From an uncultured Faecalibacterium sp. (GTDB lineage: Bacteria; Bacillota; Clostridia; Christensenellales; CAG-917): 64,000 bases of DNA. How positions within the stretch are numbered: the stretch's first letter is position 1; each line of letters begins with the position of its first letter. The translations under genes were made by a program, and so were the position numbers. Of the stretch, positions 58,160-64,000 are shown piece by piece. Under the pieces are notes generated by a model. It was given only the letters and a program-made list of their open reading frames with translations. It was not told the DNA's origin and made no database searches. Location: assembly GCA_964495385.1 (NCBI GenBank), contig CAZBVO010000004.1, positions 20,821 to 84,820 of the forward strand, in the 5' to 3' direction.

Positions 58160-59388
58160 AAATGGTTGAACTTTTAGCTCCTGCGGGGAGCAGAGAAAAA
58201 CTGAATACGGCGTTGCACTTCGGTGCCGATGCGGTGTACGTGGGCGGAAGCAATTTCGGGCTTAGGGCGTACGCTGACAATTTTGACGAGGCGGCGATGA
58301 AATCCGCCGTCGATTATGCGCACGGCTTGGGCAAAAAGGTGTACGTAACGTGCAACGTTTTTGCCAGAAACAGCGATTTTGCTCCGTTTAAGGAGTACCT
58401 TGCCTGCCTCAAAAAAATCGGTGCGGACGCAGTTATCGTAACCGACACGGGTTTGGTTTCAAAAACGCTTGAATGGCAACCCGATATGGAAGTGCATCTC
58501 AGCACTCAGGCAAACACCACAAACGGGCATACGGTGGCTTTTTGGGCGAAACAAGGGGTTAAGCGAGTTGTTTTGGCCCGCGAACTTTCGTTAGACGAAA
58601 TTAAGGAAATCAAGGACATTGTCGGCGACAGCGTCGAACTTGAAACTTTCGTGCATGGGGCCATGTGTATAAGTTACAGCGGAAGATGTCTGCTGTCAAA
58701 CTATCTGACCGGTCGCGACAGCAATCGCGGCGAGTGCGTGCAGGCGTGCAGGTGGGAATATAAAATCGCCGAAGCAAGCAGAACGGAAAATCCGTTGACT
58801 TTGGTCGAGGACGAACACGGCAGCTATATCCTAAACAGCAGAGACCTTAACATGATAGGTCACGTTAAGGAGCTGGCGGAAGCAGGCATCGACAGCTTTA
58901 AAATCGAGGGCAGAATGAAGTCGGAATATTACGTCGGCAGTGTCGTGAACGTTTATCGCCGCGCGCTGGATGCGTATTACGCCGACACCGAAAACTACGT
59001 TTTGCCGTCCGAACTTTTGCGTGAGCTTGACAAAACAAGTCATCGAGGCTACACCACGGGGTTTTATTTTAAAGGCGAAAACAACATTTGTATCGAAACT
59101 TCCAAACCGGTGTGCGACTACAAGTTTATGGCAAGGGCGCTCGGCTACGACGAGGAGAAGAAACTGCTTGTTCTCGAGCAACGCAACCGCTTTAAAGTCG
59201 GCGACGAATTGGAAGTGCTTTCCCCGGGCGAAAATTTCAACAAAAAAATCAAAATCGAAAAAATGTTCGACGAAGAAGGCAACTTTGTGGACGATGCAAA
59301 AATCGTGCAGCAAAAACTTTACGTTCCTACCGACGTCAAGTTGTCCGAAAACGACATATTGAGGAGGGATTTCGGCAATGATGCTTGA
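58156..59388 (+). CDS. trhP: peptidase U32 family protein (TrhP/YrrO-like, tRNA ho5U synthesis)
   Basis: 410 aa with ELLAPAGS...A...GADAVY and E.F.HGAMC.SYSGRC motifs typical of the U32 family. ATGA overlap with trmR. Confidence 0.85.
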   Translation: MKMVELLAPAGSREKLNTALHFGADAVYVGGSNFGLRAYADNFDEAAMKSAVDYAHGLGKKVYVTCNVFARNSDFAPFKEYLACLKKIGADAVIVTDTGLVSKTLEWQPDMEVHLSTQANTTNGHTVAFWAKQGVKRVVLARELSLDEIKEIKDIVGDSVELETFVHGAMCISYSGRCLLSNYLTGRDSNRGECVQACRWEYKIAEASRTENPLTLVEDEHGSYILNSRDLNMIGHVKELAEAGIDSFKIEGRMKSEYYVGSVVNVYRRALDAYYADTENYVLPSELLRELDKTSHRGYTTGFYFKGENNICIETSKPVCDYKFMARALGYDEEKKLLVLEQRNRFKVGDELEVLSPGENFNKKIKIEKMFDEEGNFVDDAKIVQQKLYVPTDVKLSENDILRRDFGNDA

Positions 59389-60484
59389 AAAGAAAAACGT
59401 GGTGTTTCTGGTTTCGTCGGCCGATGACCGTCGAGGAGTCGATTTGCTGGTAAAAACGCTTGAGGCCGAGCATCCCGAATGCCTGCCTTTGGTTTTTGAC
59501 GAAAGCACTTACGCCGACAGCAGAAGCAGTAGACTTAAGGCAAACGTAAACAAATTGCTTAAACCTTTGGGCTTGGGCGAATCGGTGCATTCGTCCGAAA
59601 AAAAGCCGTCCGGCGACGGCAAAGTTAAGCACAGAAGCGCCGAATTTAAAAAGATTTACAGCATAATCATCCGTTTCGATCCCGTTTGCGTGGTTGCGAC
59701 AAACGCAAAGTTGTTGGATTTGGCGGTAGCCGCCAACAAAAAACGCAAGAAAAGGGCAAAGATCGTCGGCCTTTACGGCGGATTTACCTACAACGGCCGT
59801 TTTTACAACAAGCACGCCGACGCTTATATAGTTGACAACTCCGACGTTAAGCGCAGTCTTTTAGGCAGAGGCGCTCAGGCTCGCTCGGTGCTGGTTGCAG
59901 GAGTGCCTTGCGTGGAGGAAAAATACGACTTCGAAAAGGTGTTCGAGGCAAAACGGGAAATGGTTTTAAACGACAAACCGACGGTATATTTGTCGGGCGG
60001 CGTGTTCGGAAACGACCAAATAAAAGAGGTTTTGAAGCTTTTGCTTGACCAAGGCGACTACATAAACGTGGTTGCATATTGCGGCGAAAACGAACAGCTT
60101 TACACCAGAGTGTGCGAAGAGACGGCGAAAGTCGGTGCGGAAAACGTTAAAGTCATTATGAGCGGCGAGATGGAGCACGTTGCCGAACTTGCCTCCGACA
60201 TTGTGATTTGCACCTACGATTCAAAACTTATCGCATCGTCTGTTTTTAGGCGTGTTCCGGTGATAGTTTTCGGGCCGAAGTCGGCAGAGGAGCAGGCGGA
60301 TTTCGAGTATCTGTCACAAAAGAGAACGGTGTTTTATGCTGAAAATTTCAACAAGGTAATAATCGACCTTTACAAAATTATTCAAACGGACGTCGCTCGT
60401 TTTTATCGCACTTCCGACGACCTTGTCGAAAAGGAGCCGAGGCTTAGAGTCAGTGCCGATATGATTGCAGGTATTGGCGAATAA
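59378..60484 (+). CDS. UgtP/MGDG-synthase-like GT-B fold protein with degenerate catalytic motifs
   Basis: 368 aa. By-eye alignment to B. subtilis UgtP gives ADAYIVDNSDVKRSLL..VAGVPC vs VDKYYVATDYVKEKLL..ITGIP, and KPTVYLSGG..VVAYCGENEQL vs KKVLLIMAG..VVVVCGKNTAL. The N-terminal GNGH and the C-terminal KPGG.T..E motifs are not conserved. Confidence 0.5.
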   Translation: MMLEKKNVVFLVSSADDRRGVDLLVKTLEAEHPECLPLVFDESTYADSRSSRLKANVNKLLKPLGLGESVHSSEKKPSGDGKVKHRSAEFKKIYSIIIRFDPVCVVATNAKLLDLAVAANKKRKKRAKIVGLYGGFTYNGRFYNKHADAYIVDNSDVKRSLLGRGAQARSVLVAGVPCVEEKYDFEKVFEAKREMVLNDKPTVYLSGGVFGNDQIKEVLKLLLDQGDYINVVAYCGENEQLYTRVCEETAKVGAENVKVIMSGEMEHVAELASDIVICTYDSKLIASSVFRRVPVIVFGPKSAEEQADFEYLSQKRTVFYAENFNKVIIDLYKIIQTDVARFYRTSDDLVEKEPRLRVSADMIAGIGE

Positions 60485-60534
60485 TTATTCAGACAAATTA
60501 AAATTTATACAAAATCGGTTTTACGGAGGAAATT

Positions 60535-60822
60535 ATGATTCAACACATAGTTATTTACAGGTTCAAAAATCCGTCGCCAAAGCTTTTTGAAACGATAAAG
60601 GACAAGTTTTCGACCATAAGAGGAAACGTAGAGGGGCTTTTGAGGCTGGACGTCGGCGAAGATATCATGCACTTGCCGAGAAGCTACGACCTTGCGCTTT
60701 ATTGCGAGTTTTCTGACCGCGCCGCATACGACCGTTATCAGGGGTGCGACTTGCACTTGGCCGTCAAGGCTTTTATGAAAACCGTCGTCTCCGAAAGCCA
60801 TTCGGTCGATTTTGAAAACTAA
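60535..60822 (+). CDS. Dabb family protein (stress-responsive alpha/beta barrel)
   Basis: 95 aa. MIQHIVIYRFK... and ...YDLALYCEFSDRAAYDRYQ..LH fit the Dabb pattern. GGAGG SD. Confidence 0.75.
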   Translation: MIQHIVIYRFKNPSPKLFETIKDKFSTIRGNVEGLLRLDVGEDIMHLPRSYDLALYCEFSDRAAYDRYQGCDLHLAVKAFMKTVVSESHSVDFEN

Positions 60823-60943
60823 ACCGATATTTTGTCCGTTGCACTGAAAGGCTTTGGAAGTTTTTAGGCAAATTTTTAAAACGGACTTTAAAATTTTGGC
60901 AAAACGATGTTGCCGAACAAACACTTTAAATTGGTGGTATGTT

Positions 60944-62206
60944 ATGTTAAAAATTCTTTCTGTCGATAAATACGGCTACGGTGCACGCATGGGGCTTAAA
61001 CCCGGCGATGCCGTCATTAATATGGGCGGCTACCCGGTAACCGACGTGCTGGATGCGATTTTTTATGAAGAAGAGGCCGAATTCGACATCGATTACGTTA
61101 CCAAAAAAGGCGATAAAAAACATGCGCACGTCAAAAAGGATCCTACCGAGCGCATGGGGCTGGAATTTGAGGAAATCACCGCAAAACGTTGCAAAAACAA
61201 GTGCAAATTCTGTTTTGTCGATCAGCTTCCTAAGGGCATGCGCGAGACGCTTTACGTTAAGGACGATGACTACCGTCTCAGCTTTATTGCGGGAAATTAC
61301 GTTACTCTCACCAACCTTACGGATACCGATTTGGACCGAATAATCCGCTTGCATCTTTCGCCGATTTACGTTTCGGTGCATGCAACCGACGACGAAGTCA
61401 GGCGCGATATCGTAAAAAATCCAAACACCTTAAACCTTATGAAATACATAAAACGCTTGGCGGAAAACGGCATAATTACGCATTGTCAAATTGTTTTGTG
61501 CGAGGACATCAACAGCGGCAACGTCCTGAAAAAATCGCTTGACGATTTGTACGCGCTTTATCCTGCGGTGCGAACCGTTGCGATAGTTCCCGTCGGCCTC
61601 ACCGGTCACAGGCAGGGCCTTTGCAACTTGAAACCGCTTAGCGACAAGTGCCTTAACGAAACCATCGACATGGTTGAAAAATTCAACGAAGGCAAGGAAT
61701 TTTGTTTTTGCAGCGACGAATTTTACGTCAAAGCGGGCCGTCAGATGCCGTCTTACGAAAGCTACGGCAGTTTCGACCAAATCGAAAACGGCGTCGGTTT
61801 GGTGGCTACCTTCAACAAAAACGTCGAAAGAAGTCTCGAAGAGCTTAAAGGCCGTGACGCTTTGGGCAAAAAGGTGATTATGATAACCGGCGAAAGCTTT
61901 TTCGGCAATTTGTCGCAGGTGGCAAAAAAGATAGAAGCCGAAATCAAAAACGTAAGTATCGAGGTTGTAAAAATCAAAAACGATTTTTTCGGTGGAGCAA
62001 TAACCGTTGCCGGACTGATAACCGGCAGAGACCTTTTGGCTCAAACGCCGAGGGGGGCGGATTTGTATCTTATTCCGCACAACATGCTTAAAGAGTTTGA
62101 GGACGTTTTTTTGGACGGAATAACGCTGAAAGAGGTTCGTGACGAGCTTGGAAAGGTTGCCGTCGTTGACGGCCTCGGCGAAAACCTCGTCAAATGTCTG
62201 TTGTGA
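60944..62206 (+). CDS. DUF512 domain protein (PDZ plus radical-SAM-like core)
   Basis: The track ORF starts at 60854. The ATG at 60944 (GGTGG SD) gives MLKILSVDKYGYGARMGLKPGD (PDZ-like). The CKNKCKFCF cluster motif is present. It lies directly upstream of der, as is common in Clostridia. Confidence 0.8.
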   Translation: MLKILSVDKYGYGARMGLKPGDAVINMGGYPVTDVLDAIFYEEEAEFDIDYVTKKGDKKHAHVKKDPTERMGLEFEEITAKRCKNKCKFCFVDQLPKGMRETLYVKDDDYRLSFIAGNYVTLTNLTDTDLDRIIRLHLSPIYVSVHATDDEVRRDIVKNPNTLNLMKYIKRLAENGIITHCQIVLCEDINSGNVLKKSLDDLYALYPAVRTVAIVPVGLTGHRQGLCNLKPLSDKCLNETIDMVEKFNEGKEFCFCSDEFYVKAGRQMPSYESYGSFDQIENGVGLVATFNKNVERSLEELKGRDALGKKVIMITGESFFGNLSQVAKKIEAEIKNVSIEVVKIKNDFFGGAITVAGLITGRDLLAQTPRGADLYLIPHNMLKEFEDVFLDGITLKEVRDELGKVAVVDGLGENLVKCLL

Positions 62207-62232
62207 CAAGCGTCGGGCGGCGTCATAAACGT

Positions 62233-62261
62233 TTGACAGGCATACTTTTATTTTGTATAAT
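62233..62261 (+). promoter_or_regulatory. perfect consensus promoter TTGACA-17-TATAAT upstream of der
   Basis: TTGACA at 62233-62238, TATAAT at 62256-62261. Confidence 0.65.
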
Positions 62262-62289
62262 CTTGTAGATAAATTTTAGGCGGTGCAAT

Positions 62290-63618
62290 ATGGCTAAACC
62301 AACCGTGGCCATTGTCGGCAGGCCAAACGTCGGTAAATCGACGCTTTTTAACACAATTGCCGAACGAAGAATATCAATAGTAGAGGACACTCCGGGCGTC
62401 ACTCGCGACAGACTTTATGCCGATTGCGAGTGGTGCGGATACGCATTTTCGCTTATCGACACCGGCGGTCTTGCCTTAAAGAGCGAGGACGAAATGTGGC
62501 TTCACATCAAAAAGCAGGCGGAAGTTGCCACTTCGACTTGCGATCTCGTCATGTTTGTCGTTGACGGCAAAACGGGGTTGTCGGCCGAGGATTACGACGT
62601 TGCAGACTTTTTGAGACGAAGCAAAAAGCCGTGTCTGTTGGTTGTCAACAAGCTTGACAATTACGAAACGGAAAATCTTTACGATTTTTACGGTTTGGGA
62701 ATAGGCGAGCCTATTGCCATATCCGCTCAGCAGAAAAAAGGTTTGGGCGATTTGTTGGACGAAGTGGTTGCCAACTTGAAAGAACGCGTCGAGGCATCGC
62801 CTGAGGACGAAGACGTAATCAAGGTGGCGTTGGTAGGTCGTCCGAATGCCGGAAAGAGCAGCATCACCAACCGCCTTTTGGGCTACGAACGCGTTATCGT
62901 TTCCAATATCGCAGGCACCACGCGCGACGCCATAGACACTCCGTTCGAGTTTGACGGACAAAAATATATCCTTATCGACACCGCCGGCATCAGGCGCAAA
63001 AGAAGCATCGACGAGGACCTTGAAAGCTACAGCGTAATGCGCAGTTTGGCGGCCATAAGGCGTGCCGACGTGGTTTTGTTGGTTTGCGACGCAACTCAGC
63101 CTGTTTCCGAGCAGGACGTGCGCATAGCCGGCTATATTCACGAGGAAGGCAAACCGTCCATCGTGGTTATGAACAAGTGGGACGCCGTCGAGAAGGACAC
63201 TTTTACCATCAATAAGTACAACAAACAGCTGGCCGAGGATTTGAAGTTTATGGACTACTTCGTTCCTATTTACGTCAGCGCGTTGACGGGCAAGCGTTCG
63301 GACACCATAATTCCGACAATCAAAAAGGTTATGGAAAACAACAGGCGTCGCATCACGACGGGCCTTTTGAACGACGTTTTGCAGGAGGCTATTTTGACCA
63401 ACGAACCTCCTTCCAAAAACGGCCGCCGTCTCAAAATTTATTATGCGACCGAAGTTTCCGTTTGTCCGCCGACTTTCGTGTTGAAGGTCAACGACGAAAC
63501 CATAATGCATTTTAGCTACAAGAGGTATCTTGAAAACGCAATTCGCCGAAGTTTTGATTTTTCGGGTACGCCGATAAAACTTTTGGTTCGAAACAAAAAC
63601 GAAAAAGAGGATAATTGA
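62290..63618 (+). CDS. der: ribosome biogenesis GTPase Der (EngA)
   Basis: 442 aa with two G domains (GRPNVGKST / DTGG ; GRPNAGKSS / DTAG, NKWD) and a KH-like C-terminus. Confidence 0.95.
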   Translation: MAKPTVAIVGRPNVGKSTLFNTIAERRISIVEDTPGVTRDRLYADCEWCGYAFSLIDTGGLALKSEDEMWLHIKKQAEVATSTCDLVMFVVDGKTGLSAEDYDVADFLRRSKKPCLLVVNKLDNYETENLYDFYGLGIGEPIAISAQQKKGLGDLLDEVVANLKERVEASPEDEDVIKVALVGRPNAGKSSITNRLLGYERVIVSNIAGTTRDAIDTPFEFDGQKYILIDTAGIRRKRSIDEDLESYSVMRSLAAIRRADVVLLVCDATQPVSEQDVRIAGYIHEEGKPSIVVMNKWDAVEKDTFTINKYNKQLAEDLKFMDYFVPIYVSALTGKRSDTIIPTIKKVMENNRRRITTGLLNDVLQEAILTNEPPSKNGRRLKIYYATEVSVCPPTFVLKVNDETIMHFSYKRYLENAIRRSFDFSGTPIKLLVRNKNEKEDN

Positions 63619-64000
63619 TGAAGTATTCCGAATTGACACTTAACGAACTCCGTTCGTTGCAAACCGAATACGCCGAGGCTTACGAACAGGTTTTGAAAAA
63701 AAAGTTGTCCGTTGACGTTACGCGCGGCAAGCCGTGCGTCGAACAGCTTGCGCTTTCCGACGGTATGTTTTCGATGGAATGGAACGATTTCAAACTCGAA
63801 AACGGCTCGGATGCCAGAAATTACGGCGGCGCAGAGGGCATACCCGAGCTTAGGAAGCTTTTTGCAAAGGTCTATGACGTTAAGCCGCAACAGCTTATCG
63901 TTGCCGACGGAAGCAGCCTCAATTTGATGTACGACGTTTTGCAATATGCCATGCAGTTCGGCGTTTCGGGCGGCGAGCCTTGGAACGGCAAAAACATCAA
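63618..64000 (+). CDS. PLP-dependent aminotransferase (class I/II fold), N-terminal fragment; continues past the right edge
   Basis: The ATG at 63618 overlaps the der stop by 1 nt. The translation MKYSELTLNELRSLQ...TRGKPCVEQLALSD...NYGGAEGIPELRKLFA...ADGSSLNLMYD resembles aspartate-type aminotransferases. The frame is open to the edge. Confidence 0.55.
   Translation, partial: MKYSELTLNELRSLQTEYAEAYEQVLKKKLSVDVTRGKPCVEQLALSDGMFSMEWNDFKLENGSDARNYGGAEGIPELRKLFAKVYDVKPQQLIVADGSSLNLMYDVLQYAMQFGVSGGEPWNGKNI

Noticed and set aside
60823-60943. A structured leader before the DUF512 gene (GTCCGTT...AACGGAC, GGCAA...TTGCC).
   Set aside because: The stems are short and match no riboswitch family known to me. 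The region probably holds just spacer or promoter sequence. It is flagged only in case an Rfam scan is run.

Overview
The window looks like core chromosome of a roughly 50% GC, probably spore-forming Bacillota, with Clostridia-like gene order: ylbJ / tmcAL, then pta-ackA-DUF177-rpmF-plsX-rnc-smc-ftsY, addBA, tsaC-ywlE-(insert)-rpiB, a nine-gene V-type ATPase operon, GH3 beta-glucosidase, pgsA-valS, serCA, rnj-trmR-trhP and DUF512-der. I support about 50 CDS, about 40 of them on the + strand. Many have near-consensus sigma-A promoters and clear intrinsic terminators. I recognised no rRNA, tRNA, CRISPR array, transposase, integrase or phage gene. I did not find a convincing new multi-gene system such as a defence island, and most of the window is housekeeping. 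The parts most worth a second look are listed here. (1) A 1942-aa GLUG/MBG/YDG surface protein has its own promoter and terminator. It is wedged into the otherwise conserved tsaC-ywlE-rpiB block, and it carries a C-terminal TM anchor plus a Q/P-rich cytoplasmic tail. (2) A V-type ATPase operon in Enterococcus hirae ntp order, with an intact Na+-binding signature, sits behind rpiB where Firmicutes usually carry the F1Fo operon. (3) A single-gene islet of about 1 kb drops to roughly 25-35% GC and encodes an orphan membrane-anchored protein. (4) A minus-strand block of three uncharacterised genes lies between ftsY and addBA. (5) Several unannotatable membrane proteins and lipoproteins are present. 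(6) Regulatory oddities include overlapping palindromic divergent -10 boxes, leaderless-looking starts, and an orphan promoter-terminator pair between rnc and smc. All homology calls come from motif recognition by eye. No database search was run.
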